A stretch of DNA of 64,000 nucleotides, from assembly GCA_013115125.1 (NCBI GenBank), contig JABANN010000070.1, forward strand, positions 1-64,000. Reading direction: 5' to 3'. The notes under the pieces were generated by a model. That model did not search any database, was not told the DNA's origin, and saw only the letters and a list, made by a program, of their open reading frames with translations. This document shows, in pieces, positions 1 through 8,865 of this stretch. This DNA is from Perkinsus olseni. Its lineage: Eukaryota. Position 1 is the stretch's first letter; each line of letters begins with the position of its first letter. A program made the position numbers and the translations under genes.

Positions 1-463
1 GACAGAGTAGCACCCATTGAGCCTGAAACTTCTTAAAGTCAGTCAAAGACGGCTGATTAGCAAGCCTTAATGAATTATAACGCTTCAGAACTCTCACACG
101 TCGGCATTGAGGGGAAAGTTCATAAGTAGCTTGAAGATATTCTTTGAGACCAGCGTAAGACGTTTTAACACCATTGACGTACGCATCAGCTATCTTTTTA
201 CCAGAGCCCTTAATACTTTGATGTAACAGCTCCAGCTTAGTGCCTTCATTAATATTACCAGCCAAACCAACAACACGCTCCCAGCCCTTGATGAAGAACT
301 GCCAGTCATCACCATCATCAGGGTTAAATGAGGGAAGCTGCAGACTGTCAGTAAGCTTAACACCAACGGATTGGGAACGAGTGGTAGCAAGTTGCTGTTG
401 AGCTGATAAAATGTCACGGAGACCATTTATCACACCTTCTAGCTCAGAAAACGCAATCGACAT
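1..463 (-). CDS. Gag of an LTR retrotransposon (Ty3/Gypsy- or BEL/Pao-type), 5' part; runs off the window edge
   Basis: Hand translation from ATG 463 is open to base 1 (absent from the ORF track because it has no stop): MSIAFSELEGVINGLRDILSAQQQLATTRSQSVGVKLTDSLQLPSFNPDDGDDWQFFIKGWERVVG...KLELLHQSIKG. The LPxF..W..F pattern is capsid-like, and a PBS and LTR end lie just upstream. Confidence 0.75.
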   Translation of the reverse strand, partial: MSIAFSELEGVINGLRDILSAQQQLATTRSQSVGVKLTDSLQLPSFNPDDGDDWQFFIKGWERVVGLAGNINEGTKLELLHQSIKGSGKKIADAYVNGVKTSYAGLKEYLQATYELSPQCRRVRVLKRYNSLRLANQPSLTDFKKFQAQWVLLC

Positions 464-512
464 TGTTCTTCACCAAAGGGAACGTTCACGGAGTTATCTG
501 CACTAAGAGGAG

Positions 513-530
513 TTCTCGGTTCCAGTACCA
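513..530 (-). promoter_or_regulatory. Primer-binding site (TGGTACTGGAACCGAGAA)
   Basis: Starts with TGG 3 nt after the LTR-like ...CTACA end. Its complement reads like a tRNA 3' end (CTCGG-TTCCAGT-A-CCA). Cognate tRNA not identified. Confidence 0.7.
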
Positions 531-533
531 ATT

Positions 534-747
534 TGTAGTGAATGTTGTTGATACCACTACAACTCAACTCACACAGAGTTGTTAAAGGCTTAACTTAACC
601 CTTACTTATGAAAGGACAGTAACTCAGACCAGTACTAGCTTGCGCTAAGATACTGGAGACAGAATACACAAGTAGACGTTAACACAATCTCATCACAAAG
701 AGGATTGACTAAGAATCCCACTTGGCAGCAGGTCTCTGCTTTGGTTG
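534..747 (-). repeat. PBS-proximal part of the 5' LTR
   Basis: Begins TGTAG at 534 on the + strand, next to the PBS; GT-rich (U5-like) on the minus strand. The inner boundary is inferred. Confidence 0.55.
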
Positions 748-874
748 GTGTCTGTAACGTCCCCTATGACCCAATTTGGATTGTTGCTACTGTCGGATTG
801 GTTAATCGGTAGCCGGAGCCGAGCTGCGATTGAAGGGTCATCTTACGAATAGTTCAACGATATCTGTTGTTTCC

Positions 875-1129
875 ATGGCCCAACAACTTCCTTCCAAGTA
901 CATCCAGAATGATCAAGACTCTTCTGGGGACGAGTGGTATGCTATGGGAAGCGAAGCAGACTGGAACCAGTCTGGAAGTGTTGCGAAGGAAGACCATGTT
1001 GACCAACTCAGCGTACTGGAAGAGATGCTCCGTGAGTTGGAGAAGGAGCGAGATGCTAAGAAGACTATTAGGAAGGCCGTAAGAAGTCGACCGCCTTCCA
1101 GAGATCCTCCGCGGAGACGCTTTGCATAA
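875..1129 (+). CDS. Small ORF0 of the YR element (84 aa; acidic, coiled-coil, basic tail)
   Basis: ATG 875 within track ORF 830..1129; LEEMLRELEKERDAKK heptads and an Arg/Pro-rich tail. No family recognised. Confidence 0.45.
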   Translation: MAQQLPSKYIQNDQDSSGDEWYAMGSEADWNQSGSVAKEDHVDQLSVLEEMLRELEKERDAKKTIRKAVRSRPPSRDPPRRRFA

Positions 1130-1561
1130 AGCACTGTCCATCTTATTTGTTTCTCTCGCTTTCATATTTGAACCGTAGTTTAGACTTTGAGTTTCTCAAA
1201 CCAGTTCGTCAATTGGCCTGGGCTTCTTGATAAGTCCCGCGCAATGTTCGTAGCAAAGCTTCTTGCTTGAAAGTCTTGTTTGGGATCCGCTTTCGCTCGA
1301 TACGCGGTGATAGGGTACAATTACTACTTAACAGCGCTTGGTGATTGAAGGGCGCTTCACATTACTGCACCCGTTCCCCTTCCTTTCACATGCCCAAGAG
1401 TTTCAAGCTCGCTCACTAGTTTTCACTATCCCCGGTGTTTCCTGTCGTTCAGACCCTTGGTCGGAATATCACTCCCGATTCAGCACTTGCGCGTGGAATA
1501 ATTCGAGTAGTTCCGTCGAAGTGTCGAGCCGGACTAATTTCGGTTATTTGATGTTTGAAGG

Positions 1562-1636
1562 CGGTATGTGGCGTAGCAGTCATGCTACTCACCCTGCAAT
1601 CCGAAGGTTGCGGGTTCAATCCCCGGTAGGGCCACC
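1562..1636 (+). other. tRNA-derived (A-box/B-box) element inside the retroelement leader; not a functional tRNA
   Basis: A-box-like TGGCGTAGCAG (1569) and B-box GTTCAATCC (1614) at canonical 45-nt spacing; T-arm GCGGG-TTCAATC-CCCGG; the acceptor and anticodon stems do not pair. Confidence 0.55.
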
Positions 1637-1930
1637 GAAGTCACATCGGGACTCCCTCAGGGAGGAAGGTACGAAGTTGCTTGAAACACATGCTCGAGAA
1701 TCACGTACGGCGCGAGCGCAGACTCCTGTCGATGACAGTGGCAATCTGGGGTCGCCCGATAGGGCCTCCTGGTACGTGTAGGGCGAAACGTGAAACAGTG
1801 ACGAAAGATGCCAACCGCAAAATGCTGAGGTGCTGAATCGAGGGTTCGAAATTCTGATGATGCACTCAGGGCTTGGGGATCCACAAACTGCTTCTTTTAG
1901 TAGTGAGCTTTCACTTTCATTTGCTTCGCC

Positions 1931-2956
1931 ATGCCCGCGGTCCAAGATATCATACAACTTACCATTCAAGGCCAGCAGGATGCCGATGTATGGGGCCCCA
2001 AGATAGTCACTTCATTGGAGGCGTACGGTATTGTGTCCGCTCTACTACTGTCCTCTATCAGCGAGGATACTATTGCTGCCGTAACCTCCAACGCTTGCGA
2101 GGGCACAGCGGCTGATGAAATCGACCAGAAGAAGCACAATGTGAAGACCGTCATTAAGGGAGCAGCTACGGAAGCGGCTAACCAGTTACGTTTACTACAC
2201 GAACGGTCTCTAACAGAGGAGCGGGGTAGAGCCAAGAAGTTGGCGGTGGATCTTCCTGCCCTTTGTAGGACCGCCCATGAGGCAGGAACTAAGATTAGTT
2301 TCCTTCCCAATATGCTTCCCCCTCTCCCAGCTATGAAGAAGGTTCACGACAACCCACTGTTGTACGTTGATCTGTCCGACTTCCGGTTCCCAAAACACGT
2401 TTATGACAACGAGGTCGAAACTGTGACTACTATCACTGGGGAAGTTGTGCAGCATCGTCGTTCGGATGGTAAGAACTCTAACATCGTGTCGATCGGGCAG
2501 TGGAATGAGTGCTTCTTCCGATATGCCACCGCGCTACAGTTATGTGAGGCTGGTAGGGAACAAGTCGACCTGGGCCATCTTATATCGTATGCTATTCATA
2601 TTGCGGACTTGTTTGTTGCTGTGAGGTCCGTCCGAGCAGTTATTGACGCCGAGGCGAGCTATCGCAAGTCCGGCGCGATGGCAGTCGCTAGCGGGGCTAT
2701 ATCCATGAAAGACATGTTCGGTGATGAAGCTTACATTCGACCCAAGTTGGATATGGAAGTTGCTAGAGCCCTGTTGCAACAAACTGACAGGTGGTCTGAT
2801 CAATCTCCTTCTTACGGTAAAGGAAAGGGGTTCAAAGGAAAGGGTTCCAAAGGGAAAGGCGGTAAAGGGAAAGCCAAGGGGTCTCAGAGATCGGCCCCAT
2901 ACTCCTCTCCCGCCGAGCCTGCACCTACCCCTCAAGTGAACCCCAAGTCAGCATAG
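1931..2956 (+). CDS. Gag-like ORF1 of the YR retroelement
   Basis: 341 aa ORF upstream of RT; SIGQWNECFFRYATAL segment and a basic GKGKG-repeat tail; no CCHC knuckle seen. Confidence 0.7.
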   Translation: MPAVQDIIQLTIQGQQDADVWGPKIVTSLEAYGIVSALLLSSISEDTIAAVTSNACEGTAADEIDQKKHNVKTVIKGAATEAANQLRLLHERSLTEERGRAKKLAVDLPALCRTAHEAGTKISFLPNMLPPLPAMKKVHDNPLLYVDLSDFRFPKHVYDNEVETVTTITGEVVQHRRSDGKNSNIVSIGQWNECFFRYATALQLCEAGREQVDLGHLISYAIHIADLFVAVRSVRAVIDAEASYRKSGAMAVASGAISMKDMFGDEAYIRPKLDMEVARALLQQTDRWSDQSPSYGKGKGFKGKGSKGKGGKGKAKGSQRSAPYSSPAEPAPTPQVNPKSA

Positions 2957-3072
2957 TCGTCGCTGGAACCAGCCCGAATCTAGTGGTTTTTTCTCATTTT
3001 ACAAACACGTTGTGTTGAAGTTGAGGCCTGGAAGGTAGCATAGTCATTTATCTTCTCAGTTTATTCTATTCA

Positions 3073-5319
3073 ATGCCTAAGAGAACGCGTTCTGCTGAAG
3101 CCAAGGCAAGAAGAAATCAACGTCGCCGGGAGCGGCGCGACTCGACGATGGATAATCGTGATCGAGCGGAGGCCTTTTTATTCGACGTCGGTGATAAGGT
3201 TGGTGAACAGCAAGCTCATTTGCAGTTCTACAACACTACAGCCTACAACTCTAAGGGTAACTGGAAGGATGAGGTATTAGAGAGGCTCACTGACGGTTCC
3301 TCTAGACCGGAGTACTGCACGTGGTTTAAGAATCGTTCATCCGACACCCCTGGAGTCCTCCAGCAGTTACAGGCAGCTCTCGAAGATGCGGTCACGCGTG
3401 CTCTAACGCCACCCGTTTCGGAGCAACTTTCTGCCTGGAGTGAACTCCCACGATCTTCGCAAGGTGAAAACTGCCCATTCAAGAAACCAACTCTATCGGC
3501 TGATCTTGACAAGAGTGCTGAAGGATTGGCTGTTTCTTTTGCGTCGGTCCTTGGAAGTTCCACTGCAAAATCTCCACAGTGCAACATTCGAGCTCGGCTT
3601 ACTCGTGACCTCTTGCTGGCTATTTCTCAACCTGGTGTACCAGAAGACTTAGACATATGCAACGAGGTTCAACGTGGCTGTCACGTTGGGTATGGCCGTC
3701 CTGTCCGTGCGACCGGTTTATGGCCGAAGGACAGAGGCCCGAAGCACTCTGGTTTTGGTCTCTCCTACGAAGACGGCCAAGTCTGGAAAAACTATAGGTC
3801 TGCTGATGACGTAGCAGACCTGGTTCAGGCAACGCTGGATGACGAAGTTGCAAAAGGTCATATGGCCAAGTTGCCCGCAGCTCCGGAAGGTGCGGTTATA
3901 ACCAAACTGGCGTGCGTTCCCAAGCCGAATGGTAAGGTTCGCTTGATTGATGATCTTCGCCGTTCCGGAGTTAACGAGAAGATTCACTGTGAGGAAACCA
4001 TATGCCTTCCTGGCCTAGCGTCGGCGGCCTTCCTGGTCCAACAGCAGAAGAAAAGATCCCCTGAGGAGGAGCTGGTGTGGATCGAAGCTGACATAGCCTC
4101 GGCGTTTCGCCATATCCCGGTCCATGTCGATGACCAGAAGCTCTTACTGAACCATGTTGGTCAGTGGTACTTCAGACACTTGCGTCTCCCCTTTGGACTA
4201 CGGAGCTCTCCTCTGCTGTGGTGCCGATATTTTGCATGCGTACACCGCATATTGAAAAAGTTGGTCCCGTCCGACACCGATATTGGTTCGGGTATGATCT
4301 ACGTTGATGATCTTGGTTGGATCACAACAAGAAGGGAGTCTTTGAGGATGCTTCTTCGTATTCTTCTGGTATATAAGGCGTTGGGGCTTGACGTTGCTTA
4401 TGATAAGCTCCGGATCACTTCATCGCCACATAGCCTTGGTTTCGAATGGGACCTTGCATCCCAAACAGTCCGAGTGCCAGAACCGAAACGACTGTCTCTA
4501 GTGGAGGAGACGCAACTCGTGGTGGATTCCTTCAAGTTCTGCTCTGTACCTATCTCTCTTATTGAACGAGTCACGGGACGTCTCAGCTGGTTATGCCAAG
4601 TGACTCCGAGGCTGCGACATCTACTTCAACCTTGGTATGCCCTCAAGAAAGCAGCTAATTCTCGACACCTCCGAGTAGTCCGGGTTGGCGAGAAGTTGGT
4701 GGACTCCGCACGATCGTTTCTGGAGGTTCTACGTTCGCCGAGTCTAACTCATACCACTGCCTCGCAAGTGCTCGGATGGGAAGATTCCGGAGGAATTCCG
4801 GAAACAGTGGTAGTCGCCGACTCTTCACTTTCGGCGATGGGGGGTGTGCTTTTCCAAATGGGAGAAAACCCCATGAGAACTGAATGGTTTCATTGGTCCT
4901 TCTCTGACGAGCTGGCGCGGCTGCCTCTGGTCAACAGTTCTGTCGTCACCAGCTCAGACATCTGCCCATTAGAATTGATTGCGGTCGGCGTTGGCATCTC
5001 ACGAGCGTTTGCGAGAGGCAGCCGGGTGGTACATGTCCTAACAGACAACAAAGCTACGATGTCAGCTATCAACAAGAACTACTCTTCATCCCCTCGGATG
5101 AGCCAAGTACTCTACGCCTTGCGGGAGTTGTGGCCGAAGGTGGGATATATGGTTACAGCCCACCACTTGAGTGGACCTTCGAATGTTCTAGCAGACTTCT
5201 TGTCCCGATCGGAGCTGGATGTCATCCGCAAGTCCATGGTTGACGTGGCTGAGGAAGGAGATATCTCAGGTATCTTAGATGGCCTACTGAAGTCGGTATC
5301 CGCATATTCACGAGCGTGA
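3073..5319 (+). CDS. Reverse transcriptase + DIRS-type RNase H
   Basis: VPKPNGKVRLIDDLR, DIASAFRHIPV, LPFGLRSSP, YVDD; RNase H motifs ADSS, LELIAV, LTDN, NVLADFLSR. No C-terminal methyltransferase. Confidence 0.95.
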   Translation: MPKRTRSAEAKARRNQRRRERRDSTMDNRDRAEAFLFDVGDKVGEQQAHLQFYNTTAYNSKGNWKDEVLERLTDGSSRPEYCTWFKNRSSDTPGVLQQLQAALEDAVTRALTPPVSEQLSAWSELPRSSQGENCPFKKPTLSADLDKSAEGLAVSFASVLGSSTAKSPQCNIRARLTRDLLLAISQPGVPEDLDICNEVQRGCHVGYGRPVRATGLWPKDRGPKHSGFGLSYEDGQVWKNYRSADDVADLVQATLDDEVAKGHMAKLPAAPEGAVITKLACVPKPNGKVRLIDDLRRSGVNEKIHCEETICLPGLASAAFLVQQQKKRSPEEELVWIEADIASAFRHIPVHVDDQKLLLNHVGQWYFRHLRLPFGLRSSPLLWCRYFACVHRILKKLVPSDTDIGSGMIYVDDLGWITTRRESLRMLLRILLVYKALGLDVAYDKLRITSSPHSLGFEWDLASQTVRVPEPKRLSLVEETQLVVDSFKFCSVPISLIERVTGRLSWLCQVTPRLRHLLQPWYALKKAANSRHLRVVRVGEKLVDSARSFLEVLRSPSLTHTTASQVLGWEDSGGIPETVVVADSSLSAMGGVLFQMGENPMRTEWFHWSFSDELARLPLVNSSVVTSSDICPLELIAVGVGISRAFARGSRVVHVLTDNKATMSAINKNYSSSPRMSQVLYALRELWPKVGYMVTAHHLSGPSNVLADFLSRSELDVIRKSMVDVAEEGDISGILDGLLKSVSAYSRA

Positions 5320-5485
5320 GTGAATGAGACGGAGTTGGCCGGAGCCTACTTTGGGTGACTGACATTTCGATAGATAGTCTTACTGTATCGTCAACTTGCG
5401 GTCTGTTGCGTTAATTACGGGGCGAGGAATCGAGTGCCTCTGTGAAAACTCACTCGTTACAGCCGTTTCCTAGCCCTTCTTTCAT

Positions 5486-6607
5486 ATGTCCAACAAGGCA
5501 GTCTTACCGTCGGTCGAAGAAGAGTATCGACTCAGAAGGGGCAGTCTTCGCAAGGAGACCAACACCGTGTCGGGAGGCCACACCCCCCAGATGATGGAAG
5601 CGAGGGCGCCTCGACAGAAGAGAAGCCGAGCTATGCCTGAGGTGTCGAGTTCCGACATCGACAACCACATGCAAGCAGCAAGAGCCGCCTCTACCATGCG
5701 CTCTCGCGACTCTACTTTGAAAGGCTACAAGGAGGTTTGCGACAAGCATGGGTTCACACACTTCCCTATCACAGCTGACTCGATGGTGTGTTACATCGTG
5801 TCACTCACTATCAAAGGTCTCATGTGGGAGACGGTGCAGAACTATACTGGAAAGGTGAAGGTGGAGTCAAGGCTGCATGAGACGGCTCCTCTGTCCAACG
5901 CTGACCAGGAGAAGATCCGGTTGGCACTGCATGCGGCGAAACGGCTCCTCAGGAACAGAAAGAAGAAACGGACGGTGACACTGACGGTTAAGCAGTTACG
6001 GCAATTGCTGCAATTGGTCCCTCCGTCAGGCAAGGTAGAGAATGTCCTCGCCTACCTGACAGGCGTGATGGCACTTCTTCGTCTAAAGGAAGTTGTAGCT
6101 CTCCGTAATGAGGACCTCACCTTCAACGAGTCTGATCGGTCACTTCATATACATATACGTCAGTCTAAGACTGATCAGAGCGGTACCGGAGAGACGGTAG
6201 TGGTTGGCTGTGTCAATGGCCTCGAGTCCTCTACCTCGTGCGCCAGCCCATTCTGCATCTATCACCGACTTTGGGTCAAGAAACAGCAGGAGGAAGAGAG
6301 CTCTAGCGATACTTCTAAACTGTTCGAAACCTCTTATACTCAACTCTCTAAGGATATCAAATTCCTTGTTGAAGCTGTTATGGCTGGTTCTGAGGTTGGT
6401 CAGGAGGAGGTTGGCCGGAAGACGTCGCATAGCATGCGACGAACGGGTGTCTTCTTGATGAGCCAAGCTGGCATATCTCTGGAGGCAATCGCCGAGTATG
6501 GCCGTTGGAGTGATACCAGTACCGTGGCGAATCACTATATGCGAGATCACTCTGGGAGAGAAGCACGTGAGAAGCTTTACTCTCAGAGAATGACTGGAGT
6601 TGAGTAG
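5486..6607 (+). CDS. Tyrosine recombinase (retroelement type)
   Basis: Catalytic set intact: LLRLKE (R), SKTDQ (K), HSMRR (HxxR), GRWS (W), HY (Y). Confidence 0.93.
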   Translation: MSNKAVLPSVEEEYRLRRGSLRKETNTVSGGHTPQMMEARAPRQKRSRAMPEVSSSDIDNHMQAARAASTMRSRDSTLKGYKEVCDKHGFTHFPITADSMVCYIVSLTIKGLMWETVQNYTGKVKVESRLHETAPLSNADQEKIRLALHAAKRLLRNRKKKRTVTLTVKQLRQLLQLVPPSGKVENVLAYLTGVMALLRLKEVVALRNEDLTFNESDRSLHIHIRQSKTDQSGTGETVVVGCVNGLESSTSCASPFCIYHRLWVKKQQEEESSSDTSKLFETSYTQLSKDIKFLVEAVMAGSEVGQEEVGRKTSHSMRRTGVFLMSQAGISLEAIAEYGRWSDTSTVANHYMRDHSGREAREKLYSQRMTGVE

Positions 6608-6772
6608 ATCCGTGTGTTGGATATCTGTGAGCTTTGATATCTTAAGAGGTTGGCGTTTGTTGAGTTTGTCAATGAGGATGAGACGGAAGGGAGGTAGGAC
6701 TAGAGTTTGTCTTCATCGATATCCCGAGGTAAGTCCGCAGAGAGGCTTGGGATTGTATTCGTTGATAGACAC

Positions 6773-6996
6773 TCTCAGTCCTAATAGATGACCGCTGACT
6801 GGAGTGTGGTGAGTCACAGCCTGTGGGTCTTTCCACAGCGACCACCGCCTTGTGGTTCCATCTGTCTGGCAGCTCACCGTGAGTTGCTCTCATGTTTGCT
6901 GGCTGTTCTGAACAGTCTGTGACATATGGACCACACCAGTTCTGCTGTGTGCAACGCAATTCGCATTGCCCTAGCTACCTTGGCCAGTCAGCTACA
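6773..6996 (-). repeat. Probable distal part of the interrupted LTR
   Basis: Ends in CTACA at 6996, the inverted match to TGTAG at 534; non-coding. The assignment is inference. Confidence 0.4.
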
Positions 6997-7289
6997 TCTA
7001 TCCGTCCCATCCTCTACGTCACTGGGAATTTCACGCTGTAAGTGCGTTTTTCGTGGGTGGTAGGTAGCGTCGTACGAGGGATTGGGAGTAGATAAATTAC
7101 CAGCAGCCGTTCGAAGCCTGCCTGCGTTGTACGATATAGATAGTAGCGGGTAGATACATGGGAGGTCGAGTGGCCGCGGCTCTCGTTAACTTTGGCCAAG
7201 GCAGTTTCTGAATAGTATAGCGAGTAACGCCTTTTTCAGTCAGAAAGCTCCAATGAGTTGAGCAGCTGGTGCTACCATAATGTGTTTGA

Positions 7290-7371
7290 GACACTTTGGC
7301 CGAGTGGTTAAGGCGGCGGCCTGCTAAGCCGTTGGGCTATGCCCGCGAGGGTTCGAATCTCTCACGTGTCG
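7290..7371 (+). tRNA. tRNA-Ser(GCT)
   Basis: Full cloverleaf; anticodon loop CTGCTAA; long variable arm GGGC-TAT-GCCC; T-loop TTCGAAT; one T-C mismatch in the acceptor stem. Confidence 0.93.
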
Positions 7372-7416
7372 TCATGGTTTCGAAAGTTATCGCAATATCG
7401 GCCACAGCTGAAAGCC

Positions 7417-7490
7417 TGCCCGATGCAGGATTCGAACCTACGACCATCTGCTCCGTAGGCAGTCATTCTATCCAGCTGAACTAATCGGGC
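7417..7490 (-). tRNA. tRNA-Arg(ACG)
   Basis: Acceptor stem GCCCGAT/ATCGGGC, anticodon loop CTACGGA, T-loop TTCGAAT. Confidence 0.95.
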
Positions 7491-7995
7491 ATCCAGGAGC
7501 AGTTCGTGAACCTCCTCGATTGCCGGGACATTTTCGTCGTTGGGAGCTGAGAAATCAATCACTCGTTAACTGGTTAATTGATTCATTGATCCGCAACTGA
7601 TCTAAAAAGCAAAAAACTGTTTTTTACATCACCTGATCGATTGACCAATTGACCACTCTGAAGAAAAGTGGAAAAGAGAAAAAAATAAAGCCTAAACGCG
7701 AAAGAGCAGAGTATAGCAGCGAGATGGGCCATGACGGGCAATAACAAGGAAAGCCTGAGAACCTGGAGATCTTCGCTCGGCGCAACAAAACACAGAGGTG
7801 ACGCGTCAGTACGATATCATGCAGTTGTCTTCATTATAATGTAGACTGCGAACGGTGATGTGCCGGAGAAACCTGAAGAGCAGAATCCATCGGGCATCCT
7901 AGATTAGTTCGTGAACCCCCTCGATTGCCTGGACGTTTTCGTCATTAGGAGGTGAGAAATCAATCACCCGTGAACTAGTTGATTGATCTATTGAT
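7484..7995. repeat. Diverged ~107-bp direct repeat (7484-7590 and 7889-7995) of the tRNA-Arg 5' end and upstream flank
   Basis: Both copies read atcgggcatcc..agttcgtgaacc.cctcgattgcc.ggac.ttttcgtc.tt.ggag.tgagaaatcaatcac.cgt.aact.gtt.attgat. Confidence 0.9.
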
Positions 7996-8865
7996 TCTTG
8001 CGCACTGAGTAGTGAGGCACACACATCAGCCAGCAATGACCGGTGTCACGAAGGGGCGAGAGCCGACGAGAATAGTTGTTAACCCACGAAATCCGCGACC
8101 ATAATGATGTCGCGCAACACCGCCGAAGGCACGACGGCAAAGTTTACCTTTCTGCGCTGAACTCAATATGCCAGAATACTTGGAATGTTACCAACATGTT
8201 TGAGACGAGTATCCAAGCCGATCTCGGCTGCCGAGACTCGGCAGCTATTGGGATGATTGATCCATGGCGCTGAGTGTGACGGTTTTACTTAGTGGAGCAC
8301 GCGTGCCGCGAAGCCTCTAGCGTTCAATCGTTCCGCTAGAAACAGTCGACTGCCCCACGCTGCTCGTATCAACGGGGCCTCGACCATTCGATTTCAGTGC
8401 ATCGCAGAGATAGAAAGTGATGGAAATTCTCCGCCACGCCGACGGTTCCGTCGAAATCAGCAACTTTACAAACACCCTACGCAAACGTCCCCGAATCTCA
8501 GACGCAATGTATGCAAGTTTCGTCCGTTACAGTATATGCGCTCCCTATATACTTCTCCTTCACATTCTTTTGTATATGAGGCGGGACGGGGGTTGCACAG
8601 TTTGCAGGAGACGCTGGATGTCTACTCCTTTCACCGTGGAAGCACCACGAACGAACTCGATCGGCCATCTCGTGTGAGATATGCCAGGGGTTCATACGTT
8701 GTTATGCCGCATCCTCTGCAATGTTCAGACTCGACACACGAGAGCTTGGTAGACTCAGCCTCTATCTCCCTCATTATACTGTAGCCAACGCAGCACCCAT
8801 CAGATCACCAGTCGCGGTTCACAACAACGATACGGAGATGACAGTCTTGCGCTCATGATGTACAT

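Larger units (their letters stand above)
748..6772 (+). mobile_element. Tyrosine-recombinase (DIRS/Ngaro-like) retrotransposon, apparently intact
   Basis: ORF0, gag-like, RT/RNase H and YR ORFs all on +. Ends inferred from an imperfect inverted repeat, GTGTCTGTAACG (748-759) / CGTTGATAGACAC (6760-6772). Confidence 0.85.

Noticed and set aside
1745-1770. HCV-type IRES identity (GGGTCGC, GAUA tetraloop)
   Set aside because: Only short motif matches; no pseudoknot or adjacent start codon. Kept only as generic structure.
1800-1870. Hammerhead ribozyme (CTGATGA plus nearby GAAA)
   Set aside because: Stems I-III could not be built around the core in any permutation tried by hand.
1338-1969. Track ORFs in the retroelement leader (147 aa, 117 aa)
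   Set aside because: No recognisable motifs; the region is better explained as structured non-coding RNA.
6725-6737. RNase P RNA CR-I-like GAGGTAAGTCCG
   Set aside because: No matching CR-V or P4 partner found.
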